Shown: piece after piece, positions 20,326-30,015 of the stretch
How the letters are laid out: every line of letters begins with the position of its first letter
Numbering within the stretch: position 1 is the first letter of the stretch
Assembly: GCA_031414535.1 (NCBI GenBank)
Contig: JANNVQ010000008.1
Location: 1-64,000 of the forward strand
DNA length: 64,000 nucleotides
Direction of reading: 5' to 3'
Source: Gemmatimonas sp.
GTDB taxonomy: Bacteria > Gemmatimonadota > Gemmatimonadetes > Gemmatimonadales > Gemmatimonadaceae
The notes under the pieces: model-generated
The model's input: the letters and a program-made list of their open reading frames with translations, nothing else
The model's database searches: none
What the model was told of the DNA's origin: nothing
Translations under genes and position numbers: made by a program

Positions 20326-22458
20326 ATGCGCGACCTGCCGCGAACCTTTCTTCTCCGGCCGGTCGCGCTCGTCGCGTTGACCGCCCTACCACTCATGAGC
20401 CAAACACCGCAGACACGTCCGCAGCCACCCGCCGCGGCCCGCATCCCGTCCGAGACCGTCCTGCACGGCGAGCGCCGCTCGGACGAGTACTCGTACTTCC
20501 GCGATCGCGGCCACCCCGAAACCATTCCGTATCTCGAGCGCGAGAACGCCTACACCGATGCGATGACGTCGCACACCAAGGCGCTCGAGAACAGCATCTA
20601 CGAGGAGATCGTCGCCCGCATCAAGGAAGACGACAACTCCGTACCCGTGCGAGACGCCGGGTGGTATTACTACTCGCGGACCGAGCGCGGCAAGCAGTAT
20701 CCCATCCATGCGCGCAAGCGCGGGTCGCTGGATGCGGCCGAGGAAGTCACGCTCGACGAGAACAAGGAGGCGGAGGGTCTCGCGTTTTATGACATTGGCG
20801 GGATGGAATTCTCGCCAGACGGCAACTTCCTCGCCGTGCTCGTGGACACCAACGGCTACGAAGACTTCGCCCTGCGCGTGCGTGACCTGCGCACGGGGCA
20901 ATGGCTGCCCGATCGCTTGGAGAAACTCAGCTGGGGTCTCGCTTGGGCGAATGACAATCGCACGCTCTACTACGTGACCTTCGACTCCGCCAAGCGCGGC
21001 GACAAGGTTTGGCGGCACACCGTGGGCACGCCGCGCGAGCAGGACGTGATGCTGTACCACGAACCCGATGTGACCTTCAACGTCAATCTCACGCGCTCGC
21101 GCAGCGGCGAGTGGATTGTGTTCGGTTCGAGTTCGTTCACGTCGGCGGAACTGTACGTGGTGCCGACCGCCAACCCGTCGGCCATCCCGCGCGTGATTGC
21201 CCGCCGCCGCCCAGACCTCGAGTACGACGTGGTCCCCGGCGAGGGCTACTTCTACATCCACACCAATCAAGGCGCGCGCAACTTCAAGGTGATGCGCGCC
21301 CGCTTCGATGCGCCGGATCGCTGGGAGGAATGGCTGCCGCATCGCGCCGAGGCCTTCGTCGAGGGTGTGATGGCCTTCAGGCAGCACGTGGTGGTGATGG
21401 AACGCCGTGACGGCCTGCGACGCCTCGTGGTGCACGAACTCGCCACCGGCTACTCGCACGACGTGGAATTCCCCGAGGCGGCCTACGGTGTGTCCCCGGG
21501 CAGCAACCCGGAGTTCGACACCAAGACTCTGCGCTTCACCTACAGTTCGCTGGTGACGCCCAACTCGGTGTACGACTACGAGATGGATGCGCGCACCCGC
21601 GAGCTCAAGAAGCGCGATGAAGTGCTGGGCGGATTCGATCCCTCGCTCTACGAAGTGGAACGCACGTACGCCACCGCACGCGATGGCACCCGCGTGCCCG
21701 TCTCGATGATCTATCGCCGTGGCCTTCCTCGCGACGGATCGCGGCCCCTCCTGCTTTACGCCTACGGCTCCTACGGCAGCACCACCGAGCCCACCTTCAG
21801 CAGCATTCGGTTCTCGCTCGTGGACCGCGACGTCACCTTCGCCATTGCGCACATCCGTGGCGGCCAGGAGATGGGTCGTCAGTGGTACGACGACGGCAAG
21901 ATGATGAACAAGATGAACACCTTCACCGATTTTATTGATGTCGCCGATCACTTGGTGAAAGCGGGCTACACCTCGCGCGACCGCTTGGTGGCGCACGGAG
22001 GCAGCGCCGGCGGCCTGCTTATGGGCGTCGTGGCCAACATGCGCCCCGATCTGTTCCGCGCCATCGTCGCCGACGTGCCCTTCGTGGACGTCATTAACAC
22101 GATGATGGACGCGAGCATCCCACTCACGGCCCAGGAATGGCTGCAGTGGGGCAATCCGAATATTCCCGAGCAGTACCGCTACATGCGCAGCTATTCGCCG
22201 TATGACAACGTGGAACGGAAGGCGTACCCAAGCATGCTGGTGGTGAGCGGTCTCTACGATTCGCGCGTCGCCTACTGGGAGCCCACCAAGTGGGTAGCCC
22301 GCCTCCGTGCGATGAAGACGGACAACAATCCCCTCCTGATGCGCATGCAGATGTCAGCCGGCCACGGTGGTGGCTCAGGGCGCTACGAGCGTTACCGAGA
22401 GGTGGCGTTCCGCTACGCCTTCATCGTGGACCAAGTGAAGCCGCGCATCGCGCAGTAA
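20326..22458 (+). CDS. ptrB: Oligopeptidase B (peptidase S9A)
   Basis: YGSYG, HIRGGQEMG, GGSAGG nucleophile, VPFVDV, DSRV and AGHGG catalytic motifs. Confidence 0.92.
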   Translation: MRDLPRTFLLRPVALVALTALPLMSQTPQTRPQPPAAARIPSETVLHGERRSDEYSYFRDRGHPETIPYLERENAYTDAMTSHTKALENSIYEEIVARIKEDDNSVPVRDAGWYYYSRTERGKQYPIHARKRGSLDAAEEVTLDENKEAEGLAFYDIGGMEFSPDGNFLAVLVDTNGYEDFALRVRDLRTGQWLPDRLEKLSWGLAWANDNRTLYYVTFDSAKRGDKVWRHTVGTPREQDVMLYHEPDVTFNVNLTRSRSGEWIVFGSSSFTSAELYVVPTANPSAIPRVIARRRPDLEYDVVPGEGYFYIHTNQGARNFKVMRARFDAPDRWEEWLPHRAEAFVEGVMAFRQHVVVMERRDGLRRLVVHELATGYSHDVEFPEAAYGVSPGSNPEFDTKTLRFTYSSLVTPNSVYDYEMDARTRELKKRDEVLGGFDPSLYEVERTYATARDGTRVPVSMIYRRGLPRDGSRPLLLYAYGSYGSTTEPTFSSIRFSLVDRDVTFAIAHIRGGQEMGRQWYDDGKMMNKMNTFTDFIDVADHLVKAGYTSRDRLVAHGGSAGGLLMGVVANMRPDLFRAIVADVPFVDVINTMMDASIPLTAQEWLQWGNPNIPEQYRYMRSYSPYDNVERKAYPSMLVVSGLYDSRVAYWEPTKWVARLRAMKTDNNPLLMRMQMSAGHGGGSGRYERYREVAFRYAFIVDQVKPRIAQ

Positions 22459-22466
22459 CAGACCGT

Positions 22467-22597
22467 TTCACCACGAAGGCACGAAGGCACGAAGGGAGCC
22501 GCGACAATCTCACGGCCCCGCAATCCCAAGAGGCAATTCCTTTCTGGGGTCGCGGGGCCGTGAGTTTGCAGAGAGCCCTTCGTGCCTTCGTGGTGAA
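22467..22597. repeat. ~130-bp palindromic REP/MITE-like element, copy 1
   Basis: Terminal inverted repeats TTCACCACGAAGGCACGAAGG...CCTTCGTGCCTTCGTGGTGAA and an inner stem CACGGCCCCGC/GCGGGGCCGTG; lies between convergent genes. Confidence 0.88.
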
Positions 22598-22616
22598 CCG
22601 AAGGTCCTGAATGCCG

Positions 22617-24275
22617 TTACGGACTTCTATACGTAGCGCGCCCGCCCAGGAGCGTCAACACGGGCTTGGCGCGCAAGAGCGCCTGCGGATCGCTCACGAG
22701 GATGTCCTCACTGAGCACCACAAGGTCCGCGTAGAAGCCCGTCTTCAGCACGCCAAGTTCATTCTCGCGGAACGCCGCATACGCCGAGCCCCAGGTGTAA
22801 TGCCTAAGCGCGTCTTCCACGGAAATGCGATGCTGCGGCTGCCAGCCTCCCCTCGGCGTGCCATCAGGGAGCTGCCGCGTCACGGCCGTGTAGATGCCAA
22901 GCATCGGGTCCATGGGGAACACCGGATAGTCGGAGCCAAATGCTTGAATGGCTCCTGCGTCGTCGAGCGCCTTAAACGGCATGGCCCGAGCTTCGCGCTC
23001 GGGGCCGAGCAGCGGCACGTAGTTCTTCATGGCCGTGGCGTCAGGCGTGGCGAAGATGGCCTGAGTACTCGCAATCACACCTACAGTCTTGAAGCGGGCG
23101 AGGTCCGCCGGATGCGGGACCTCCAAGTGTTCAATGCGTCCGCGACGGTCGCGTACTCCATTCGCCGCCGCCACGCGCGCAAAGGCATCGAGCGCTAATC
23201 GGATGGTGCGGTCGCCGATGGCGTGTAGTTGCACCTGTATTCCCGCGCGATCGTAGCGGGCCAATGTACGCACTAGGGGATCGAGCTCCCACATGGGCAA
23301 GCCCGTATTCGCGCTGCCGGTGTACGGCTCGAGCATGCCTGCCGTGCCCGCGTCCACCGTGCCATCGAGCATGCCTTTCGCAATGCCAAAGCGCAGATAC
23401 GGACCCGTGGCCTCGCGCGCCTGCGCCGCATAGGACGCAAGTGCGGAGTCTGTGACCGATGCATTGAACGGCACGGCGATGCGAAAACGCAGCAGCAAGG
23501 AGTCGTCGGTGATGGCTTGGGCGAACGCGCTCGTCTCGGCGGCACCGATGCCATTCGCCACCTGCACCGCAGTCAGTCCAAGCGCCGCCGCCTTATGCAT
23601 CTGCTCGCGGAGCGCGATGGACACTTCGCGCTCGTCCGGAGACGGGAGCAGACGGCGCACGAGCCCCATCGCTCCTTCTTGCAGCAGACCCGTGGGGCGC
23701 CCGCGCGCGTCGCGCACAATGAGGCCGTCCGACGGCGCCCGTGTCTCTTCACTCACGGCTGCCAGCCGCAGCGCGGTGGAGTTCGCGAGCGCTTGGTGTC
23801 CGTCGCGGTCGGTGATGAGTACCGGACGATTTGGGAATGCGGCATCCAAGGCCTGTCCATTGACCGCGCCCGGCGGGAACATGTCTGGCGTCCATCCACG
23901 GCCCGTGAGCCAACCGTCCTGCGGCAGGTCTCGCTCAAAGACGCGAAGTCGATTCACCACATCGTCCACGTTCGCAGCGCCCGCCAAGTCTGCCGTGCGG
24001 CGTGTGGGCAAGTGCCAGTGTGCGTCGTGCAGGCCGGGAATCACGCGACGGCCCTGCAAATCCTCCGTCAGGGTAGCCGAGCCAGCGAGGGCGAGTATCT
24101 CCTGATCGCTGCCGACCGCAACGAGACGATCACCACGAATGGCCACTGCCGACGCACTCGGGTTGGCAGTGTCGCCTGTCCAAATCACACCGTTGTGCAA
24201 AATGAGTGTTGGCACAGACTCGCGGCCGCAGGCCGCGAGTCCAAGCGCCAGAAGCAATGCGACCGCGAACCTCAC
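22617..24275 (-). CDS. Amidohydrolase 3 (YtcJ-like) lipoprotein
   Basis: PGLHDAHWH, KGMLDG, HAIGD, RIEH and GSDYP motifs; lipobox LAAC. Confidence 0.88.
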   Translation of the reverse strand: MRFAVALLLALGLAACGRESVPTLILHNGVIWTGDTANPSASAVAIRGDRLVAVGSDQEILALAGSATLTEDLQGRRVIPGLHDAHWHLPTRRTADLAGAANVDDVVNRLRVFERDLPQDGWLTGRGWTPDMFPPGAVNGQALDAAFPNRPVLITDRDGHQALANSTALRLAAVSEETRAPSDGLIVRDARGRPTGLLQEGAMGLVRRLLPSPDEREVSIALREQMHKAAALGLTAVQVANGIGAAETSAFAQAITDDSLLLRFRIAVPFNASVTDSALASYAAQAREATGPYLRFGIAKGMLDGTVDAGTAGMLEPYTGSANTGLPMWELDPLVRTLARYDRAGIQVQLHAIGDRTIRLALDAFARVAAANGVRDRRGRIEHLEVPHPADLARFKTVGVIASTQAIFATPDATAMKNYVPLLGPEREARAMPFKALDDAGAIQAFGSDYPVFPMDPMLGIYTAVTRQLPDGTPRGGWQPQHRISVEDALRHYTWGSAYAAFRENELGVLKTGFYADLVVLSEDILVSDPQALLRAKPVLTLLGGRATYRSP

Positions 24276-27200
24276 ATGATTGGGGCAGGGCGCTTCGGTG
24301 CCGGCACAATCACGTGTGGCAGACCGTTGCGTTGCAAGAAGGCATTGAGGGCCGCCAGTTGCGTGGCCTCAAAGCTCTCGAGTTCCGCGCGAAGGGTAGA
24401 CCAGAGCACCTCCACATCGCCCAAACGTTCGCGCACCGGCTGTGTGAGCTCCGGATGTTCTTCCACCTGACCCAGCAAGAATCCGAACTGGCCATTGAGC
24501 CCGTTGGCGAAATTAATGATGTCCTGTCCGTTCCCGGCCTTCGTCGTGAGTTCGGGTTCCAAGCGATCAGTGCCACTCGTCACGCGCCCGCCGAGCAGCT
24601 TCACCGAATCCGCCTGCGCGTGGTCTGCCGTGCGTTGAACGATGCCGTTCACCTGCGTGCGGATGTCTCGCAGGCGTAGCACGTAGTCGTGCATCTCTCC
24701 AATGCGCGTGTTCAACAAGCGGGCAATCGAGTCACGCTCGGCGAGCACCCGTGCATCCGTGGGCGCCAAGCGAGGATCGCGTGTCACGTCGAAGCTGGCG
24801 GTCTGCACTTCGCTGCCCACCGTGAGTTTTGCGGTGTAGCGGCCAGGGAGCACCCGCGGACCACCGTTGCCCGGCGGTGCGCCGAAGAGCACCACGTTCT
24901 GCAGCGTGGTGGGGCCCTCGTAACGCAGGTCCCAGACTACGCGATTGAGTCCCGTGCGCGTGGCAAGACGGCTACGACCCATTCCCATACTGGTGAAGCT
25001 GCGCACCACGTCGCCGCGCGCATTCATGATTTCCAGCGTGGCGCGCGTGCTCGAATCCGCACGGGCGAGACGGAAGTGAATGGTCGCGCCGTACTCAGGA
25101 TTGCGTCCCACGCGATTCGCGCCCGCAGCGCCTCCGAATCCACCACCGGCGTTGGTGAGCACGGCGCCACGCGAGCCGAGCAACTGCACGCCGCTTGCTG
25201 GCATGGCTGTGCCCGCGGCCCGCAGCGGTGTGACATCATCGAGAATCCAGAAGGCGCGTCCCTCTGTGGACAGCACGAGGTCATCGTGCCGCACATCGAT
25301 GTCCGTCACCGGGACCTTCGGGAATGTGGTGAACGCCTGCCAGCGCGCCCCGTTGTCCGTCGAGAAGTAGATACCCGTCTCCGTGCCTGCGTAGAGCAGT
25401 CCGCGACGTACGGGATCTTCCCGCACCACACGCACCGGCTCGGTCGCTCGCAAGCCGTCCACGATTCGTGTCCATGTGCGGCCGGCGTCTGCGGAATGGA
25501 AGACGTGCGGCGTCGGGTCGCCCACGCGGTCTTTGCGGAACGCGAGGTACACCGTGTTCGCATCGTGCGGCGACACTTCAATTTCATTCACCAAACCATC
25601 GCCCACGCCCGCTGGCGTCACGTTGGTCCAGCTCGCGCCGCCATCCGTGCTGCGTTGGATGAGTCCGTCGTCCGAACCCGTATAGATGGTGTTCTTGTCG
25701 TGCGGCGACTCGGCGATCACGACAATCGTGCCGTAGACCTCGCCTCCCGCGCCTTCATTGGTGATCGGTCCGCCACCCCAGCCCTGTCGTGCCCGGTCGT
25801 TGCGCGTGAGGTCTGGCGAAATCGCCGCCCAACTCGAGCCGCGGTCCGTGGTGCGAAACAGCGCGTTGCCGCCGTAGTAAATGACGCGCGCGTCGTGCTG
25901 CGACACGCGAATGGGCGCCGTCCAGTTAAAGCGATACTTCGTGCTGTCGGTCCGCTCGGTGAGATTCATGGCCGGATACACCATGATGGCGCGCGTGAGT
26001 CCGGTCTCCTGGTCGAGTTCGTCGAGAATGCCCTGATAGCAGCCACCGTACACGTAGCGTGACTCGCGCGCACTCACGCCGATGTTGGCGCTCTCGCAGC
26101 CCGCCGTGTTATCCCAATCACGTATGCCGATGCTGCCGCCATCGCCGCGGCTCTTGATGACGACCGCCGAGTTGTCTTGCTGGCCCGAGTAGAGCCGGTA
26201 AGGGAAGGCGTCATCCACGGTCACGTGATAGAACTGCGCGGTGGGCTGATTGTCCTGCGAGCTCCAGCTCTTGCCCCCGTCGAGCGAGATGCTGGCGCCA
26301 CCGTCATTGCCGTTGATGAGGCGATGCGGAGCGTCCGGGTCCAGCCACAGCGCATGATTGTCACCGTGCGTGGCCGGCACCGTGGTGAAGTTCGCACCGC
26401 CGTCAATGGAGCGCATGATGGGTGCATTCGTCACCCACACTTCATTTTCGTTCTTGGGATCGGCAAACACCTTCATGTAGTACCACGAGCGCGACTGGAT
26501 GAGCCGATCGCTGGACAGGAGGCGCCAGCTGCGTCCCGCGTCATCGGAGCGATACAGTCCGCCCTTGTCCGCCTCGACGATGGCAAACACTCGCTCCGAG
26601 TTGGCGGGAGACACACTCACGCCAACCTTGCCCATCAGTGCGGGGAGTCCCTGCGTGAGTCGCGTCCAGGTGTCACCGCCGTCCATGGACTTCCAGATAC
26701 CGCTGCCGGCGCCACCGGAGCGCACATACCACGGCTGACGCTGATGATCCCAGAATGACGCATAGAGGATGCGTGGATTGTTGGGATCCATCGAGAGGTC
26801 GCTCGCGCCGCTCGTCGGATTCTGGCCGCGCAAGATCAGCTGCCAGGTCGCTCCGCCGTCGCGCGAACGGTAGATGCCGCGGTCCGCGCTGCCCTGCCAG
26901 CGATCGCCCTGCGCGGCCACGTACACGGTGTTGGGGTCATCTGGGTGCACACGCACCGCGGAGATCTGACGCGTGGTCTGCAGGCCGACGTTCGTCCAGC
27001 TACGGCCAAAGTCCGTGCTCTTGTATACGCCATCGCCGTAGGAGGACGACTGCCCGCGAATCGCGTGCTCGCCCGTGCCCACGTAGATGACGTTGTAATC
27101 CGAATTGGCCACGGCAATGGCGCCGATACTGCCCACGCGGAACTGGCCGTCGGAGATGTTCCGCCACGAAATGCCCGCATCATCGGTGCGCCAGAGCCCG

Positions 27201-27433
27201 CCGCCCGTGTAGCCCGCGAAGTAGGTGAGCGGCATACCGCGTACGCCGCTGACGGCCACGGAGCGCCCGCCCCGTGATGGGCCGATGTTGCGGAACGTGA
27301 GGGCCGCAAACTCCGTGAGCGTGGAGTCCGCCGCCGCGCTCAGCGACGGCCCACGGCCTCGCGTCTGCGCGGTGAGTGGATGAGGCTGGCAGACGAGTGC
27401 CGCGAAGGCGAGGAGCGCGAGGCGCTGGCGCAT
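24272..27433 (-). CDS. Secreted VPS10/sortilin-like BNR-repeat beta-propeller protein (putative glycosyl hydrolase)
   Basis: FRNIGPSRGGRS start, many SxDGGxxW BNR repeats, NDGG and QFYHV motifs. Confidence 0.87.
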   Translation of the reverse strand: MRQRLALLAFAALVCQPHPLTAQTRGRGPSLSAAADSTLTEFAALTFRNIGPSRGGRSVAVSGVRGMPLTYFAGYTGGGLWRTDDAGISWRNISDGQFRVGSIGAIAVANSDYNVIYVGTGEHAIRGQSSSYGDGVYKSTDFGRSWTNVGLQTTRQISAVRVHPDDPNTVYVAAQGDRWQGSADRGIYRSRDGGATWQLILRGQNPTSGASDLSMDPNNPRILYASFWDHQRQPWYVRSGGAGSGIWKSMDGGDTWTRLTQGLPALMGKVGVSVSPANSERVFAIVEADKGGLYRSDDAGRSWRLLSSDRLIQSRSWYYMKVFADPKNENEVWVTNAPIMRSIDGGANFTTVPATHGDNHALWLDPDAPHRLINGNDGGASISLDGGKSWSSQDNQPTAQFYHVTVDDAFPYRLYSGQQDNSAVVIKSRGDGGSIGIRDWDNTAGCESANIGVSARESRYVYGGCYQGILDELDQETGLTRAIMVYPAMNLTERTDSTKYRFNWTAPIRVSQHDARVIYYGGNALFRTTDRGSSWAAISPDLTRNDRARQGWGGGPITNEGAGGEVYGTIVVIAESPHDKNTIYTGSDDGLIQRSTDGGASWTNVTPAGVGDGLVNEIEVSPHDANTVYLAFRKDRVGDPTPHVFHSADAGRTWTRIVDGLRATEPVRVVREDPVRRGLLYAGTETGIYFSTDNGARWQAFTTFPKVPVTDIDVRHDDLVLSTEGRAFWILDDVTPLRAAGTAMPASGVQLLGSRGAVLTNAGGGFGGAAGANRVGRNPEYGATIHFRLARADSSTRATLEIMNARGDVVRSFTSMGMGRSRLATRTGLNRVVWDLRYEGPTTLQNVVLFGAPPGNGGPRVLPGRYTAKLTVGSEVQTASFDVTRDPRLAPTDARVLAERDSIARLLNTRIGEMHDYVLRLRDIRTQVNGIVQRTADHAQADSVKLLGGRVTSGTDRLEPELTTKAGNGQDIINFANGLNGQFGFLLGQVEEHPELTQPVRERLGDVEVLWSTLRAELESFEATQLAALNAFLQRNGLPHVIVPAPKRPAPIM

Positions 27434-27529
27434 GAGATTGCAGTGGGTGAGGGTGACAACAGACATTCACCCCCACGCCCTCGAATCGCAAGGAACTAGC
27501 GCCGTTTTCCTGGCTCGACTACTTCGGAA

Positions 27530-28546
27530 TTATTGGCGTTCCAGCCGTACGCCGCCCGAGCCCGTGGACACGCGGAACCGTCCGCCCGTGCCGGCACCGA
27601 TACGACCGCGCAGTGCGTTGCGGCGCACCTGTTCCATCGTGACCGGAAAGTCCGTGGAGATGCCGCCTGAGCCCGTACGGATGTCGAGGTCGGCGTCGGT
27701 GTTGGCTGGCAGCCGCAAGGTGACGCCGCCCGAGCCGGTGCGGGCGCTCAAGTCAGTCGGGGTGGCTTGAAGATCGAGGCGTACGCTGCCGGAGCCCGTG
27801 CTCGCATCGAGCCGATCCGCCTTGATGCTCCGGCCTTGGATGCTCCCCGACCCCGTGCTGACGCGCAGTTCGCCGCTCGTCACGGAATTGAGCTCGATGC
27901 TGCCGGAGCCTGTGGAGGCAGTCGTGCGCTCGGTGTTCACGTTGTCAAGGAAGATGCGGCCGGAGCCCGTGCGGCCGGTGAAGCGCCCCTGCAAGCCATG
28001 CCCGCGGATGCTCGAGGCGTTCGTGCGTAGCTCAATCTCGCCGTTCACATTGGTGGCTTCAATCTCACCCACCCCCACGTAAATGGCCACGCGCTGGCCC
28101 GGAGGAACCTGAATGCGCAGATCGGCGTGCGCCTCAAGGCCGCCGCCGCTCGAGCGGATGCGCACCGAGCGTCCGCTCCGGTCATCATCCCAGCCGCCGG
28201 TGAACGTGCCGTCGTCGTCCACCCGCAGGCGCGCTTCCCAGCCGCGGGAGTCTGTACGTTCACGATACACGATATCGCGGCTCGGATACTTCACCACCAT
28301 GCGTCCGGCGTTGGCCTCGACGGCAAGCCGAGATCCGTCGTCGCCTCCGCGTGTGAGCTCGACGATGACTTCGCTCCCGGAGCCCGCCACGAGCTCCGTG
28401 CGTCCGGCGAGATTCCAAATGGCCACGCGCTCCCCGCTGAGCACGTGACGCTCCGTGGAAGCCTGAGCGGAAGCCTGAGCGGAAGCCTGAGCGGTAGCCG
28501 CGCTCGAGGCGACTGCGATCAAGAGGGCAGGGAACAAGCGGCGCAT
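27530..28546 (-). CDS. DUF4097-like beta-strand repeat (putative adhesin) protein
   Basis: Signal peptide and repeated TGSGS(I/V) units in the C-terminal half. Confidence 0.8.
   Translation of the reverse strand: MRRLFPALLIAVASSAATAQASAQASAQASTERHVLSGERVAIWNLAGRTELVAGSGSEVIVELTRGGDDGSRLAVEANAGRMVVKYPSRDIVYRERTDSRGWEARLRVDDDGTFTGGWDDDRSGRSVRIRSSGGGLEAHADLRIQVPPGQRVAIYVGVGEIEATNVNGEIELRTNASSIRGHGLQGRFTGRTGSGRIFLDNVNTERTTASTGSGSIELNSVTSGELRVSTGSGSIQGRSIKADRLDASTGSGSVRLDLQATPTDLSARTGSGGVTLRLPANTDADLDIRTGSGGISTDFPVTMEQVRRNALRGRIGAGTGGRFRVSTGSGGVRLERQ
28457..28494. repeat. In-frame 12-bp tandem repeat (x3) encoding ASAQ
   Basis: GGAAGCCTGAGC occurs three times at the signal-peptide/mature junction. 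Confidence 0.85.
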
Positions 28547-28730
28547 ACGGAGATCTCGGCGAGAGTGAGGCGAGGTGAGGCTAAGCCGACCTACGGGCGG
28601 GCCAGGGCGATGGTTGCAGTTCGATCCGATTTCTCAGACAGCGGTCGAGCCCGGTGGGTTTGAACCCGGGTCTCGGTGTAGATTCCCGCCCGCGTGGCGA
28701 TGCCGTCCGCCATTCCTCCGCTCAAACACC

Positions 28731-29882
28731 ATGCTTCTCGCGTTTGCCGTCATCCAGGCCGCCCTTGCACTCGTGCTGCTCCAGCGATTGAGCGGCGGGC
28801 GCACGCGTCGGCCGCCTGAGGCGCCGCTCGAAGCGGGTCTTGAGGGAGACGGGCTCAGCATCGTGGTCGCTACGCTCAACGAAGCGCGGCGCATCGAGCC
28901 ATGTCTGCGCGGACTGCGCGCACAAGGCCGCCCCGTTCGCGAAATTCTCGTCGTGGACTCAGGCTCCACCGATGGTACGCGTGAACTGGTGCAGGCCGCC
29001 TCTCAACTCGATCCGCGTATTCGCCTGCTCACCGACCCGCCGCTGGCCGATGGCTGGATCGGTAAGGCGTGGGCGCTCCAGTACGCAACGGAACAGGCCA
29101 AGCAGCCCTGGGTGCTTGGCATGGATGCAGATACCGAGGCCAACCCCGGCTGCGCCGCGGCCGTCCTCGCCGCAGCCAAGCGAGAAGGATTTGATGTGGT
29201 GTCCTTCGCCCCACGCTTCGCCGCCCAAAGTGCCGCCGAACGATGGCTCCAGCCCGCACTGCTCGTCACACTCATCTACCGTAGTGGCGCTGCCGGCGAT
29301 CCGCGCGTGAAGCCCGAGCGCGTTATCGCCAACGGTCAGTGCTTTCTCGCGCGTCGCGACGTCATCCTTGGCAACGGCGGCTATGAGCCGGTAAAGGATT
29401 CCTTCGCCGAGGACGTAAGTCTCGTCCGGCACTTGGCCAAGCGTGGCGTCCCGGTCGGCTTCCTCGATGGCTCTCGCCTGTACCGGGTGCGCTCGTACAC
29501 CAGTATCACGCAGATGTGGCGCGAATGGGGACGCTCGCTCGATTTGAAGGACGCCACGCATCCGCTACGGCAGGCTTGGGACACAGTGTTCGTCGTGCTC
29601 GCGCAGGGCGCGCAGTTGCCGGCGGCGCTGCTGCTCATGGGCATTTGGTCCTCGCTCGCGGTAGGCCCCGCACGCTCAGCCCTCGCAGTGAGCACGGGCA
29701 TCCTCGTCGGCGTACGCTGGCTACTCCTCTTCGGCATCGCCCCCAGCTACGAGCGCCGCGGCATCACCTGGTGGCTCTCGCCGCTCGCGGATCCCGTTGC
29801 CGCTTTGCGCTTAGTCATCAGCAGTCTCAGCCGGCCGAAGCGCTGGCGCTCGCGCACGTATTCTGTCGCGAAGACAAACTGA
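28731..29882 (+). CDS. cruG: GT2 glycosyltransferase, CruG-like carotenoid 2'-O-glycosyltransferase
   Basis: TLNEA.RI.PCL.GL, GWIGKAWAL, DADT, WLQPALL.TL.YR, ERVIANGQCFL, VGFLDG and EWGRSLDLKDA match the CruG pattern as I recall it. Confidence 0.72.
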   Translation: MLLAFAVIQAALALVLLQRLSGGRTRRPPEAPLEAGLEGDGLSIVVATLNEARRIEPCLRGLRAQGRPVREILVVDSGSTDGTRELVQAASQLDPRIRLLTDPPLADGWIGKAWALQYATEQAKQPWVLGMDADTEANPGCAAAVLAAAKREGFDVVSFAPRFAAQSAAERWLQPALLVTLIYRSGAAGDPRVKPERVIANGQCFLARRDVILGNGGYEPVKDSFAEDVSLVRHLAKRGVPVGFLDGSRLYRVRSYTSITQMWREWGRSLDLKDATHPLRQAWDTVFVVLAQGAQLPAALLLMGIWSSLAVGPARSALAVSTGILVGVRWLLLFGIAPSYERRGITWWLSPLADPVAALRLVISSLSRPKRWRSRTYSVAKTN

Positions 29883-29888
29883 AGAACA

Positions 29889-30008
29889 TTCACCACGAAG
29901 GCACGAAGGGCTCCCTGCAAACTGACGGCCCCGCGACTCCAAGAAGAAATGCTTCTTGGGGTTGCGGGGCCGAAAGATTGTTGCGGCTCCCTTCGTGCCT
30001 TCGTGGTG
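29889..30008. repeat. Palindromic REP/MITE-like element, copy 2 (inverted relative to copy 1)
   Basis: Same terminal repeats; the interior aligns to the reverse complement of 22467-22597; lies between convergent genes. Confidence 0.88.
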
Positions 30009-30015
30009 CGAGGCG

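Noticed and set aside
20386..21996. Long antisense ORFs (also 24689-26062, 35325-36980, 52942-54513, 53988-55493)
   Set aside because: These are shadow frames of well-supported genes in GC-rich DNA and have no recognisable motifs.
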